From Collinsella aerofaciens (lineage in GTDB: Bacteria > Actinomycetota > Coriobacteriia > Coriobacteriales > Coriobacteriaceae), in contig RQAP01000047.1 in the NCBI GenBank assembly GCA_008671135.1, forward strand, positions 35,768 to 99,767: 64,000 nt of DNA, given 5' to 3'. The notes beneath the pieces were generated by a model. The model ran no database searches and had not been told where the DNA came from. It was given only the letters and a program-made list of their open reading frames with translations. Of the stretch, positions 42,585 to 52,904 are shown in pieces. The position numbers were made by a program, and so were the translations under genes. Numbering within the stretch: the stretch's first letter is position 1; the number at the start of each line of letters is the position of its first letter.

Positions 42585-43379
42585 TTAAGCCTCCTCGGTC
42601 TTGCTCAGTCCACCAAACCTACGGTCACGGCCCTGATAGGCCAAAATGGCGTCGACAAGGCCCCAACGATCAAAGTCGGGCCAATAGGTATCGGTGACGT
42701 AGAATTCGGAATAAGCCACCTGCCACAGCAGATAGTTCGAAAGGCGCAGCTCACCAGAAGTGCGAATCACAAGCTCAGGATCGGGAAGGCCAGCGGTATA
42801 GAGGTGGGAAGCCACCATGTCGTCATCAATTGCGGCAGGATCGATCTTACCGGCGGCAGCGTCGAATGCGATCTGACGGACAGCGCGGGTAATCTCGGCA
42901 CGCGCGCCGTAGTTGACGGCAAGCGCCAGCGTCATACCGGTGTGATCGGCGCACTCGGCAAGACCGCGTTCAAAAACGTCGCGGGTCTTCTTGGGCAGCG
43001 CGGAAATGTCACCCAAAAAGACAACACGCACGTTTTCGCGCTTCAGAAGCGGCAGCTCGTCGATGAACGTCTTAGCAAACAGATGCATCAAGACGTTGAC
43101 CTCATGCTGCGGGCGGTTCCAATTTTCGGTAGAAAACGCATAGGCCGAAAGCACGTCGACGCCCAGGCGCACGCAGGCGGTAATGATTTCGCGAAGGGAG
43201 ACAATACCCGCCTTGTGGCCCTCGGTGCGTGCAAGACCGCGCGACGTAGCCCAACGACCGTTGCCGTCCATGATGCACGAGATATGGTGCGGAATGTTAT
43301 TGAGGTCAAGGTCGGAAAAACCGACGCCCGCAGGGGCGTCGGCAAAGTACTCGACCAGTTTATGCTCGTCGTATTGCAC
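42585..43379 (-). CDS. uppS: Isoprenyl transferase (undecaprenyl diphosphate synthase)
   Basis: IMDGNGRWA, FSTENWNRP, RTSGELRLSNYL, RRFGG. Confidence 0.97.
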   Translation of the reverse strand: MQYDEHKLVEYFADAPAGVGFSDLDLNNIPHHISCIMDGNGRWATSRGLARTEGHKAGIVSLREIITACVRLGVDVLSAYAFSTENWNRPQHEVNVLMHLFAKTFIDELPLLKRENVRVVFLGDISALPKKTRDVFERGLAECADHTGMTLALAVNYGARAEITRAVRQIAFDAAAGKIDPAAIDDDMVASHLYTAGLPDPELVIRTSGELRLSNYLLWQVAYSEFYVTDTYWPDFDRWGLVDAILAYQGRDRRFGGLSKTEEA

Positions 43380-43380
43380 C

Positions 43381-43917
43381 TTAGATCTCCATGACCTCGG
43401 CTTCTTTTTCCTTCAGAAGCTCCTCGACCTTGGCGACATACTCATCGGTGTGCTTCTGGACCTTGGCCTGCTCGCGACGGACATCGTCCTCGGTGAGCTC
43501 CTCATCGCGCTCGAGCTTGTTGTTGAAGTCGCGACGGATGTTACGGATAGACACCTTGGCCTGCTCTGCGTACTCGCGGCACTCCTTGACGAGCTCGCGA
43601 CGGCGCTCCTCGGTGGGAGCCGGGAACGGCAGACGAACGACGGTGCCATCGGAGTTGGGGGTAATACCCAAATCGGAAGCGCCGATGGCCTTGACGATAG
43701 CGTTGATGAGCGCCTTGTCCCACGGCTCGATGAGCAGCATGTGGGCCTCGGGGGTCTTTACGGCGGCCACCTGCGTGACCGGCGTGGGAACACCGTAATA
43801 ATCGACGGTGATGTCGGACAGAATGTTAGCGTTGGCTCGGCCGGTACGGACCTTGGAGAAGTTATGCTTGAGGGACTCGAGCGACTTGTCCATGTGGGCG
43901 GTGATGTTCTCTGCCAT
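43381..43917 (-). CDS. frr: Ribosome recycling factor
   Basis: RTGRAN, VDYYG, TEERR, IRNIRRD. Confidence 0.97.
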   Translation of the reverse strand: MAENITAHMDKSLESLKHNFSKVRTGRANANILSDITVDYYGVPTPVTQVAAVKTPEAHMLLIEPWDKALINAIVKAIGASDLGITPNSDGTVVRLPFPAPTEERRRELVKECREYAEQAKVSIRNIRRDFNNKLERDEELTEDDVRREQAKVQKHTDEYVAKVEELLKEKEAEVMEI

Positions 43918-43919
43918 GC

Positions 43920-44642
43920 TTAATCCTCCTGATAGACGAGCGTGCCGACGGGCTCACCCGAAAGCGCGCGCTTGACGGTGTCCTCGCCATCGATGTTGAG
44001 GACCAAAATCGGCATACGGTTATCCTGGCACAATGCCGTAGCCGTGGAATCCATAACCTGCAGACCGCGGACGAGTACCTCGTGATAGGTAATCTTGTCA
44101 AAACGGACGGCATCGGCGCACTTGACGGGATCCTTGTCGTAAATGCCATCAACCTTGGTGGCTTTAATCAGAATCTCGGCGCCGATCTCGCACGCACGAA
44201 GAGCAGCGGCGGTGTCGGTCGTAAAGTACGGATTGCCCGAGCCGGCGGCAAAAATAACGACGTTGCCCTTGGAAAGGTGGTTGATGGCGCGACGGCGAAT
44301 ATAGGGCTCGCAGATCTCGTTCATCTGGATAGCGCTCATCACGCGGCAGGGAACATCGTTATGCTCGAAGGCATCCTGCAGGGCGAGCGCGTTCATCACG
44401 GTTGCCAGCATGCCCATGTAGTCGGCCTGAGCACGCTCCATGCCACCGGCAGCGCCTGCCATGCCGCGGAAAATATTGCCGCCGCCGACAACGACGCCGA
44501 CCTCATGGCCAACGGCGAGCAGCTCCTTGACCTGCTTAGCAAGATGGTCGGTAACCTTGGGGTCGATGCCATATTGGCCGTCGCCCATCAGCGCTTCGCC
44601 GGAAAGCTTAAGAAGCACACGTTTATATCGGATGTCGGACAA
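43920..44642 (-). CDS. pyrH: UMP kinase
   Basis: [26 protein letters not shown]. Confidence 0.98.
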   Translation of the reverse strand: MSDIRYKRVLLKLSGEALMGDGQYGIDPKVTDHLAKQVKELLAVGHEVGVVVGGGNIFRGMAGAAGGMERAQADYMGMLATVMNALALQDAFEHNDVPCRVMSAIQMNEICEPYIRRRAINHLSKGNVVIFAAGSGNPYFTTDTAAALRACEIGAEILIKATKVDGIYDKDPVKCADAVRFDKITYHEVLVRGLQVMDSTATALCQDNRMPILVLNIDGEDTVKRALSGEPVGTLVYQED

Positions 44643-44702
44643 AGCGATCCTCCTTTAGATTGAACTCTCAACATTCTATCAAAGGCTCTAAGAAGAGCCA
44701 TG

Positions 44703-44737
44703 AAAAAGCAGGCTGTGAGTAAAACCCACAGCCTGCT
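44703..44737 (-). terminator. Terminator after tsf
   Basis: AGCAGGCTGTG...CACAGCCTGCTTTTT. Confidence 0.85.
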
Positions 44738-44760
44738 CATTACCAGCTACAAGAGCTTAT

Positions 44761-45630
44761 TTACTCGCCACGGACCAGACGGTCAAAGGCAACGACGGTA
44801 ATGGTGTCGCCGAGCTCCTTGGAGACCTGCTCAGCGTACTTCTTGATGGTGAGGGAGCTGTCCTTAATGAACTCCTGCTCGGTGAGCACGGACTGCTTGT
44901 AGAACTTCTCCAGACGGCCGACAGCCATCTTCTCCTGGATAGCCTCGGGCTTGCCGGACTCGGCAGCCTGGGCCATGTAAATCTGCTTCTCGTGCTCGAC
45001 GGTCTCGGCCGGAACCTGATCGCGGGTAGCGCAGATCGGGGCGACGGCGGCAACCTGAAGGGCAACGTCGTGAGCGAAGGTCTTGAAGGACTCAGCCTGA
45101 GCGGTCTCGGCCTTCTCGAAGGCGAACTCGACGAGGACGCCGATCTTACCACCCATGTGGATGTAAGAAGCGAGCGCGCCGTTCTCAGCCTTGCGGGCAG
45201 CGAAGCGGGAGATCTTCATGTTCTCGCCCATGATGTGAATCATCTCGGTGAGCTCGGAGGAAACGGTCTCCTCGCCCATCGGCTTCTCGAGCAGAGCGTC
45301 GACATCGGCCGGCTCGGTGGTGGCGACAACCTCAGCGACCTTGGAAGCAAAGCCGGTGAACTTGGCGTTGGAGCCAACGAAGTCGGTCTCGCAGGAGAGC
45401 TCGAGCAGAGCGCCGGTCTTGCCATCCTCGGAGACGAACGCGGCGACAGCGCCCTCGTTGGTCTCACGGCCAGCCTTCTTGGCAGCCTTGGCAAGGCCGT
45501 TCTTACGCAGAACGTCGACAGCGGCGTCCATGTCGCCGTCAGCCTCGACGAGAGCCTTCTTGCACTCCATCATCGGGGAGTCGGTCATCTCGCGGAGCTG
45601 CTTGACCATAGCGGCGGTAATCTGGGCCAT
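44761..45630 (-). CDS. tsf: Elongation factor Ts
   Basis: VKQLRE, CKKALVE, ETDFV, GEN. Confidence 0.98.
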   Translation of the reverse strand: MAQITAAMVKQLREMTDSPMMECKKALVEADGDMDAAVDVLRKNGLAKAAKKAGRETNEGAVAAFVSEDGKTGALLELSCETDFVGSNAKFTGFASKVAEVVATTEPADVDALLEKPMGEETVSSELTEMIHIMGENMKISRFAARKAENGALASYIHMGGKIGVLVEFAFEKAETAQAESFKTFAHDVALQVAAVAPICATRDQVPAETVEHEKQIYMAQAAESGKPEAIQEKMAVGRLEKFYKQSVLTEQEFIKDSSLTIKKYAEQVSKELGDTITVVAFDRLVRGE

Positions 45631-45675
45631 TGTGGTTCCTTTCAAAGAGATGAAAAAGAATTAACTAAGACTGAT

Positions 45676-46404
45676 TTACTCGGCCTTGGGCTCAGCGGCC
45701 ATCTCGGCCTCGGAGACCTGCTCCTTGCCGGAGCCAGCGAGGCAGGCGTCAGCCATGAGCTCGCACATAAGGGTGACAGCGGAGATAGCGTCATCGTTGC
45801 AGGGGATGCCGTACTCGACCTCGTCGGGATCGGAGTTGGTGTCGATCAGAGCGACGACGGGGATGTTCAGGCGCTGGGCCTCCTTGATGGCGTTCTCCTC
45901 GCGCTTGGTGTCGATGACGAAGAGAGCCTGGGGCAGACCCTTCATGTCGCGGGCGCCACCGAGGTTGGTCTGGAGCTTGGTGAGCTCCTTGCCGAGCACA
46001 GCCTGCTCCTTCTTGGGCAGAACAGCCATGCGGCCGTCCTCGACCATAGCCTCGAGCTCCTCCATGCGGTTAATGCGGGAGCGGATGGTGACGAAGTTGG
46101 TCAGCATGCCGCCGAGCCAACGCTGGTTGATGTAAGGCATGTTGGCGCGCTCAGCAGCGTTCTTGACGGCCTCCTGAGCCTGCTTCTTGGTGCCGACAAA
46201 CAGCACGTTGCCACCCTTGGCGACGTTCTTGACGAAGGTGTAGGCCTGGTCGGCGTCGAGGATGGTCTGCTTGAGGTCGAGGATGTAGATGCCGTTGCGC
46301 TCACCGAAGATGAACGGCTTCATCTTGGGGTTCCAGCGACGGGTCTGGTGACCGAAGTGGCAGCCGGCCTCGAGCAGGGTGCGGATATTAATCTTGGTAG
46401 CCAT
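45676..46404 (-). CDS. rpsB: 30S ribosomal protein S2
   Basis: [28 protein letters not shown]. Confidence 0.98.
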   Translation of the reverse strand: MATKINIRTLLEAGCHFGHQTRRWNPKMKPFIFGERNGIYILDLKQTILDADQAYTFVKNVAKGGNVLFVGTKKQAQEAVKNAAERANMPYINQRWLGGMLTNFVTIRSRINRMEELEAMVEDGRMAVLPKKEQAVLGKELTKLQTNLGGARDMKGLPQALFVIDTKREENAIKEAQRLNIPVVALIDTNSDPDEVEYGIPCNDDAISAVTLMCELMADACLAGSGKEQVSEAEMAAEPKAE

Positions 46405-46515
46405 GTTAAACCTCCTGTGGTTTGCCTCCGCGCGGGGTCATCCTCCAAAACCAACCCGGACATGTGCTACCAAAGCCCGGGCACCACGGTATGAAGTAGC
46501 CGCGCGTGCGTGATA
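46405..46515 (-). promoter_or_regulatory. Putative S2 ribosomal leader
   Basis: CACGCAC-GCGCGG...CCGCGC-GGAG..AAACC..AGGAGG layout resembling rpsB leaders. Confidence 0.55.
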
Positions 46516-46623
46516 AAAACATGTTGCCGTGAAGCAACCCGATGAATGATAGCAGGAATGCATCTTCCTGCCAACCCGCAATCAAAACCACACACCTGAG
46601 TGCGGCGCGGGACGTCCCAGCCA

Positions 46624-47544
46624 CTATTCGCCGCGGGGATGGGCTTGAGCCACGGCACGTTTGAGCCGATCGGGTGTGAGATGCGTGTAGATCTGCGTCG
46701 TGGACAGGCTCGCATGACCCAGCAGCTCTTGAACCGAGCGCAGGTCCGCACCGCCCTCGAGCAAGTCGGTCGCAAAGGTATGGCGCATCGCATGCGGGGC
46801 GATGTCAGCCGGAATGCCGGCGAGCGTCGCCAGCGTATGGAACCGCCGCCGGAGCATGGCAGCGCTCATGCGATTGCCGCGCGCCGATATAAACAGCGGA
46901 TGCGGCCCGGTAGCGAGGTCACGGCGCTTTGCCCGAGCGAGCAACTCCGGCCTCCCCTCCTCAATATAGAGACGCGTCGCCTCGAGTGCGCGACGGTACA
47001 GAGGAACGATGCGCTCCTTGCTCCCCTTGCCCCACAGGCGCAGTGTGCGCTCGGACCATGAGATGGATTCCACATTGAGCGCCGCAAGCTCTGAGATGCG
47101 GGCACCCGAGGCATAGAGCAACTCGAGCATCGCCGCATCGCGCAGTCCCGCGGGTGATGAGGTATCGGGGGCTTTGAGGAGTGCCTCCACCTGTTGAGTC
47201 GTAAGGACGCCCGGCAGGTCGCGCGGCAGCTTGGGCGATGCGATCGCCGAGACCGCATCGCCCTCGACAATCCCCTCGACAGCCATCCACCGATAGAGTG
47301 AGCGAATGGCAGACAGGTGTGCCGCAAGGGTCCGAGCCGCCACCTGGCCACGCGACAGCTCGGCCAAATAGGAACGAACGGTCCGTACGTCGGCGGCGCG
47401 AGCGTCGATGCCCTCGCGTTCGCACCAGGCAGCAAAGCGCTCCAGCCTCGAGCCATAGGCCGTCACCGTGTTGGGAGAAAGTCCCTCGACGCGTGCGATA
47501 TAGGCGATAAACGAGTCGACGGTGTCGTACAGGTCAAAGGCTAT
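46624..47544 (-). CDS. xerC: Tyrosine recombinase XerC/XerD-like (start probably non-canonical)
   Basis: R(SGARISE), K(GKGSKER), HAMR, LLGH, TQIY; open frame with Xer-like N-terminus extends to ATA at 47544. Confidence 0.88.
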   Translation of the reverse strand: MAFDLYDTVDSFIAYIARVEGLSPNTVTAYGSRLERFAAWCEREGIDARAADVRTVRSYLAELSRGQVAARTLAAHLSAIRSLYRWMAVEGIVEGDAVSAIASPKLPRDLPGVLTTQQVEALLKAPDTSSPAGLRDAAMLELLYASGARISELAALNVESISWSERTLRLWGKGSKERIVPLYRRALEATRLYIEEGRPELLARAKRRDLATGPHPLFISARGNRMSAAMLRRRFHTLATLAGIPADIAPHAMRHTFATDLLEGGADLRSVQELLGHASLSTTQIYTHLTPDRLKRAVAQAHPRGE

Positions 47545-48884
47545 GACCGGTCGCCTCCAAACAGATCGGGGCGAGTAGCCAGATAGGCGTCAAGGGCCTC
47601 GAGCGCACGGTCCGCATAGGCCTGGTAGCGGTCGCGCTTGCTGCGGCGCTTACCATCCTCGAGTGGCGGCACCAGGCCAAAGTTGACATGCATGGGCTGA
47701 TAGCCCACGGTGGCAGGATCGGTCGCATAGCCCACGAGCGCACCCAGGGCGCCCACGCGGGGCAACTCGACGGAATCGGCGCCGATAGCCTCTGCATAGG
47801 TGTTGAGCGCCGCGAGCAGACCTGTCGCCACGGCTTCCATGTACCCCTCGGTGCCGGTGATCTGACCGGCCAGGCGCACGCCGGTACCGGGCACGGCAAA
47901 GGTGCCATCGAGCACGTGTGGAGCGTCGACAAAGGTATTGCGGTGCATGACACCGTAGCGGAAGAACTCAGCGTTCTCCAGGCCCGGCACCATATGGAAG
48001 ACGCGCTTCTGCTCGCCAAAGGTCAGGTTGGTCTGGAAGCCCACCAGATTGTAAGCGGTCTTCTCCTTGTTCTCGGCACGAAGCTGAATCGCCGCCCAGG
48101 GGCGACGTCCGGTACGCGGGTCGGTGAGGCCGACGGGCTTCATGGCGCCAAAGCGAATGGCGTCCTTGCCGGTGCGCGCAACCTCCTCGGCAGGCTGGCA
48201 GGCCTGGAACAGATCGCCGCCCTCAAAGTCCTTGAGCACCACGCGGTCGGCCGTGGTAAGCGCCTCGATAAAGGCCTCGTACTCATCCTTGTTGAGCGGA
48301 GCGTTGAGATAGTCGCCGCTCCCCTGCTCCTCGTAGCGCGACTGCGAGAACAGCACGTCCATATCGAGCGTGGAGGCATCGACGATCGGCGCCGCCGCAT
48401 CAAAGAATGCCAGGGCATCGCCACCGACGAGCTTCATAACCTCTTCGCTCAGCGCCGGTGAACACAGCGGGCCCGCGGCAATGACCACGTGACCCTCGGG
48501 AATCTGCGTGACCTCGCCGTGCACGACCTCGATATTGGGACGGGCGGCAACCTCGGCCTCGACAAGCTCGGAAAACTTGACGCGGTCGACCGCCAGGGCA
48601 CCGCCGGCGAGAACAGCCGCGCGATGGGCGCAATCGAGCAGGACTGAACCCATGCGCTCAAGCTCGGCCTTCAGCAAACCAGCCGCGGAATCCGGACGGG
48701 TCGACTTAAACGAATTGGAGCAGACGAGCTCTGCCAGGTGATCGGTATGGTGGGCCGGGGAGCTCACCTGGGGGCGCATCTCGCACAGCTTTACGGCAAA
48801 CCCGCGATCTGCCAGCTGGATCGCGCACTCCGAACCCGCCAGACCGCCACCGATAACTGTCACCTGATCGAACTGCATCTGCAA
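47541..48884 (-). CDS. trmFO: tRNA m5U54 methyltransferase TrmFO
   Basis: GGGLAGSE, ELVCSNS, VGFQT, RYGVMHRNT, AGQITGTEGY. Confidence 0.96.
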   Translation of the reverse strand: MQMQFDQVTVIGGGLAGSECAIQLADRGFAVKLCEMRPQVSSPAHHTDHLAELVCSNSFKSTRPDSAAGLLKAELERMGSVLLDCAHRAAVLAGGALAVDRVKFSELVEAEVAARPNIEVVHGEVTQIPEGHVVIAAGPLCSPALSEEVMKLVGGDALAFFDAAAPIVDASTLDMDVLFSQSRYEEQGSGDYLNAPLNKDEYEAFIEALTTADRVVLKDFEGGDLFQACQPAEEVARTGKDAIRFGAMKPVGLTDPRTGRRPWAAIQLRAENKEKTAYNLVGFQTNLTFGEQKRVFHMVPGLENAEFFRYGVMHRNTFVDAPHVLDGTFAVPGTGVRLAGQITGTEGYMEAVATGLLAALNTYAEAIGADSVELPRVGALGALVGYATDPATVGYQPMHVNFGLVPPLEDGKRRSKRDRYQAYADRALEALDAYLATRPDLFGGDRS

Positions 48885-48892
48885 ACACCTTT

Positions 48893-49828
48893 CTAATTGA
48901 CACGTTTTCCATTGTGACCGAAGGGTGTCTGGGCGTGAAGGGCAAACTTGGAGGGCGCATACCTTCCATCCATCATGCGCTCGATAAGGCCCTCGAGTTC
49001 AAGCGAACCCAAGAGTTTGAGTACGCCGACAGCATCGAGCGAGACGAGCGCCGCGATGTCGTCGACCTTGAGCGGAGAGGCGATGAGCGCATGCATCACG
49101 GTCTGCTGCGTTGGATCCAGGTCGGCAATGCCGGGAGCATCGGGGCGCGAGTAGCGCAGGGTTCCGTAGATGCGTGAGATAGCCATCTCGATAGATTCCT
49201 CGTCGACGATGCAGCAGGCACCGTTCGCAATGAGGTAATTCGTGCCACGCGACTCGGGCGATAGGATCGACCCCGGCACGGCAAGAAGTTCGCGCCCCAA
49301 ATCCATCGCAGCCTCGGCTGTAGAAAACGTCCCGGAAGGCATACCCGCCTCGGATACAAAGAGGGCTTGCGACAGGGCCGCGATCACGCGATTGCGGCGC
49401 GGAAAGGCAAACTTGCGCGGACCCATGCCCCACGGAGAGATCGACACGACCGCGCCACCCGTATCGAGCGTGCGCGTAATAAGCCCGGCGCTCGAACGCG
49501 GATAGACCACGTCGGCACCCGTCCCCAGCACCACGACGTGTTTGCCGCCGGCGTTGACCGCAGCCCAACCCGAGGCCTGGTCACAACCGACCGCGCCGCC
49601 CGAAACTACCGTCACTCCCGCCTCGACCGCCACCTTTGCCGCAAGCTCTGCCACGGCAAGACCATACGGCGAGGCCTTGCGCGCGCCGATGATGGAGAGC
49701 GCGGGCGACGAAAGCACCTCGGGGTTGCCGCGCACATAAAGCGTCTGGGGTACATCAGAAAGCTCCAAAACGGTCTCGGGATACAATGCATCACCTGGGT
49801 GCAGCTCGAAGGTCCCCTCGGCCATCAT
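48893..49828 (-). CDS. dprA: DNA processing protein DprA
   Basis: IIGAR.AS.YG, VSGGA.G.D, FPRRNRVIAALS, AVPGSI, C-terminal wHTH; ATGA overlap with comM. Confidence 0.95.
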   Translation of the reverse strand: MMAEGTFELHPGDALYPETVLELSDVPQTLYVRGNPEVLSSPALSIIGARKASPYGLAVAELAAKVAVEAGVTVVSGGAVGCDQASGWAAVNAGGKHVVVLGTGADVVYPRSSAGLITRTLDTGGAVVSISPWGMGPRKFAFPRRNRVIAALSQALFVSEAGMPSGTFSTAEAAMDLGRELLAVPGSILSPESRGTNYLIANGACCIVDEESIEMAISRIYGTLRYSRPDAPGIADLDPTQQTVMHALIASPLKVDDIAALVSLDAVGVLKLLGSLELEGLIERMMDGRYAPSKFALHAQTPFGHNGKRVN

Positions 49829-51348
49829 TGGTCCCTCCTTCCCTGGTACATCGCCGCCTCGAGCACGTGGTCCTGCGTCACTTGCTCGCTCTCGGCGACA
49901 TCTGCGATCGTGCGCGCAATGCGAACCAGGCGCACGATGCCACGCCCTGTGAGATGCGTGCGCTTCGACAGGCCGAGCACACACTTCTCCGCCGCATCAT
50001 CGAGCTCAAAGGTCGAAACGACGCCGTCAATGGACCGTGTCTCGTCATCCTCGGCCTCGGCATCCGCATCGTCCATGCGGGATTCGCGCCAAGCGCGAAA
50101 GGCGCGACCGCGCACAACGTAGTCACGTAACTCGGCAGACGACATGCCCTCCGCACCCTCGATAATCACTTGGGGGTCGGGACGGGTCACATCGATCATC
50201 ATGTCGATACGGTCGGCCAAAGGACCGCGCAGTTTAGACCGATAGCGCTCGACCATCGCCGCCGAGCAGCGACACGGCACCTCGCGATCGCCCAAAAAGC
50301 CGCAAGGGCAGGGATTGCTCGCAGCCAGTAGCTGAAAGCGCGACGGGAAGGTAAAGGCCCCGTCGACGCGCACGATCCTGACGTAGCCGCGCTCGATGGG
50401 CTGACGCAGCGTCTGCAGCACATCCGTGGGAAACTCGGCAAGCTCGTCCAAAAAGAGCACGCCGCCATGAGCCAGGCTGATCTCACCCGGATGCACCGGG
50501 CGCCCGCCGCCAATGAGGCCCGCCGTTGAAATGCTGTGATGGGGGCTTCGAAACGGCCGATGACCTGCCAACAAGCCATCAATGTTCTCACCCAAAACCG
50601 AATGGATGCACAGTGCCTCCTGCTGATCCTCAACGGAAAGCTCGGGCAGGATGCCGGTCATACGGCGTGCGAGCATCGTCTTGCCCGATCCCGGAGACCC
50701 GATCATGAGCAAGCCGAGTTCTCCTGCCGCCGCAAGCGCCATGCCGCGTTTAGCGACTTCCTGCCCCAGCACGTCTGCATAGTCGAGCTCGGGCTCAAAG
50801 GTCGCCTCGACACCCTCGGAATCCAAGTAGTGCCGTGCGGCATCGCCCATGCCGTGAGCAAGCTGAGACAGATGGTCGATAAAGCCGCAATCTACGCCCG
50901 CGAGTGGCACATGCTGGTCGGACCTGCCGGCGATAAAAGACAGCCCCATGTCGCGAGCCAATAGCTGAAACGCCACCTCGCCCTTGACGGGAAGCACCGT
51001 ACCGTCCAGACCAAGCTCACCTGCGATAAGGCAGCGATCGAGGTTGTCACGGGGAATCTGCTCATCGGCCGCTAGAACCGCGATGGCGATGGGCAGGTCA
51101 AAGCCGCTACCGGTCTTGCGGATATCGCCGGGTGCCAGGTTAACGGTAATGCCCGAGCGTGGGATCTCGAACCCGGCGGAGCGCATCGCACAACGAATAC
51201 GACCACGTGACTCCATCACCTCCATACTCGGGATGCCGAGCATCTGGATGCCCGGGATGCCACCGGCAAGCGAGACCTCGACCGTGACGTGAATCGCCTC
51301 GACGCCGCGGATGCAGGCCGCGTGAACGGCAAACGTCTCGAACGCCAT
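49825..51348 (-). CDS. comM: ComM/YifB helicase (Mg-chelatase-like AAA+)
   Basis: ITVNLAP.DIRK.GS.FDLPIA, GSPGSGKT, FRSPHH, LFLDE, NPCPCG. Confidence 0.95.
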   Translation of the reverse strand: MAFETFAVHAACIRGVEAIHVTVEVSLAGGIPGIQMLGIPSMEVMESRGRIRCAMRSAGFEIPRSGITVNLAPGDIRKTGSGFDLPIAIAVLAADEQIPRDNLDRCLIAGELGLDGTVLPVKGEVAFQLLARDMGLSFIAGRSDQHVPLAGVDCGFIDHLSQLAHGMGDAARHYLDSEGVEATFEPELDYADVLGQEVAKRGMALAAAGELGLLMIGSPGSGKTMLARRMTGILPELSVEDQQEALCIHSVLGENIDGLLAGHRPFRSPHHSISTAGLIGGGRPVHPGEISLAHGGVLFLDELAEFPTDVLQTLRQPIERGYVRIVRVDGAFTFPSRFQLLAASNPCPCGFLGDREVPCRCSAAMVERYRSKLRGPLADRIDMMIDVTRPDPQVIIEGAEGMSSAELRDYVVRGRAFRAWRESRMDDADAEAEDDETRSIDGVVSTFELDDAAEKCVLGLSKRTHLTGRGIVRLVRIARTIADVAESEQVTQDHVLEAAMYQGRRDQ

Positions 51349-51833
51349 CACGACACCTGCCAATCGAACGCGTTGTACTGGTGCTCGATCTCGGCGATAT
51401 GCCCGCCGCGAATGGTGACGCCCACGGCATCGAAGCGAATCGCCTTGAGCGGATAATGCTCCATGAGATAGCAGCTTGCGATGCGGCGGTAGCGGCGTTG
51501 CTTTTGGGCATCCACGGCCTCCTCGGGAAAGACCCGCGTGGTGCAATCCAGGGCGACGCGTCTCGTCTTGACCTCGGCCATCACAACGACATCGTCGAGC
51601 TCATCGAGCAGCACCAGGTCGGCCTCGCCCTCGGTGCAACGATAGCCCTGCTCCAGCAAGGTGTAGCCGCGCTCGTTAAAGTAGTCGATGGTGATCAGCT
51701 CGCCCAGCATGCCTAGCTCGCGGGGACTGAGTCCCTTGATAAACTCGGGCGTCATCGCCCCGGAGTCGAGCTCGCCGTTTTCCCAACGCTCCTTGAGCTG
51801 CTGCGTCTTGCTCTTTTTGCTTGCGGCACTCAT
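51348..51833 (-). CDS. yraN: YraN family nuclease
   Basis: LG..GE, GEADLV, EVKTR, EEAV, RFD; ATG 51833 with AAGGAG SD. Confidence 0.9.
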   Translation of the reverse strand: MSAASKKSKTQQLKERWENGELDSGAMTPEFIKGLSPRELGMLGELITIDYFNERGYTLLEQGYRCTEGEADLVLLDELDDVVVMAEVKTRRVALDCTTRVFPEEAVDAQKQRRYRRIASCYLMEHYPLKAIRFDAVGVTIRGGHIAEIEHQYNAFDWQVS

Positions 51834-51904
51834 GGGGTCTCCTTTCCCGCACACTGCATTGCCCCGATGATGAGGGCACCTTTCATGCGGGTAAGTACCG
51901 GAAG

Positions 51905-51924
51905 CAAACCAAAAGCTGACCAAA
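51905..51924 (-). promoter_or_regulatory. Putative competence-regulon box upstream of yraN-comM-dprA
   Basis: TTTGGTCAGCTTTTGGTTTG, 18/20 identical to the comEA site. Confidence 0.65.
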
Positions 51925-51931
51925 TGCCGTC

Positions 51932-51973
51932 AAAAAACGGGCCGTACGCAACAATGGTGTTGCATACGGCCCG
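51932..51973 (-). terminator. Terminator after rnhB
   Basis: CGGGCCGTATGCAACA...TGTTGCGTACGGCCCG-TTTTTT. Confidence 0.88.
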
Positions 51974-52022
51974 CTACCAGCAGGTTTATAAAACCCCAGA
52001 GGTCCATGTCTCCACAATTGGC

Positions 52023-52811
52023 CTAGAAAAGGCGCTCAGTCTGCAGAAAGTTTCCGCAAAAGCTCACGCGGTGCAGCGGACAAAGTCCATGTTTGCGAAT
52101 GGCCTCGATGTGCTCGGGGCTCGCATAGCCCTTCGACTCGGCCAGATGGTACTCGGGATACTCGGCGTCGTACTCGACCATCATCTCGTCACGCGTGACC
52201 TTGGCCATGATGGACGCCGCGGCGATGCAGGCGATCTTGGCATCGCCCTTCACCACATCGCGCTCGTTAGGAACGGCGCCCAAGGGGTTGCCATCCATAA
52301 GCACGCAATCGGGCTCGAGCCCCGTATCGGCCACGGCGCCCGCAACGGCGGTACGGATAGCACGGGCCATGCCCATCTCATCGATATCCTTAGGCGCGAA
52401 ATGGCAAAAACCGATCGCCGTCGCCACCTCGGCAATCTTCACTGAGAGCAACTCGCGGCGCGCCGGCGTGAGCTTTTTGGAATCGTTGATGCCCCAGACG
52501 CGCGGCTCCATAGGAAGACAGACGGCGCATACCGTCAAAGGACCGGCCACCGATCCGCGACCAACCTCGTCGACACCAACGACCACCCCATCGCCGCCAA
52601 GCTCATGCATAAGCTCGTACATGCCATTGACGCGCTCGCGCTCGGCAACCTCTTTGGAATGGCGTTTGAGGGCGCGTTCACAAGCCTTGATCACCTGCTG
52701 GCGCGGGTCCTCGCGATAATGCTCCACGAGGGCGGGGATCTCCTCAAACGTTGCGCTCGCCAGCTCTCCGGCAACCTGCGATGCCGAAACCGAGCTCGTC
52801 ATATTGGCCAT
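52023..52811 (-). CDS. rnhB: Ribonuclease HII
   Basis: GVDEVGRG, DSKKL, KGD, AASIMAKVTRD, KGY. Confidence 0.96.
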   Translation of the reverse strand: MANMTSSVSASQVAGELASATFEEIPALVEHYREDPRQQVIKACERALKRHSKEVAERERVNGMYELMHELGGDGVVVGVDEVGRGSVAGPLTVCAVCLPMEPRVWGINDSKKLTPARRELLSVKIAEVATAIGFCHFAPKDIDEMGMARAIRTAVAGAVADTGLEPDCVLMDGNPLGAVPNERDVVKGDAKIACIAAASIMAKVTRDEMMVEYDAEYPEYHLAESKGYASPEHIEAIRKHGLCPLHRVSFCGNFLQTERLF

Positions 52812-52840
52812 ACCAGGCCCTCCTTGCATGCAAATCAGAT

Positions 52841-52870
52841 AAAAAGAAGGGCCACCCGAAGGTGACCCTT
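52841..52870 (-). terminator. Terminator after rplS
   Basis: AAGGGTCACC-TTCG-GGTGGCCCTT-CTTTTT. Confidence 0.8.
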
Positions 52871-52904
52871 GTGTCCAAACGAGTGGACAGACGCTGCGAT
52901 CTTC

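Noticed and set aside
46624..47544. Prophage or island integrase
   Set aside because: Xer-sized, in conserved trmFO-xerC synteny, no att sites or cargo
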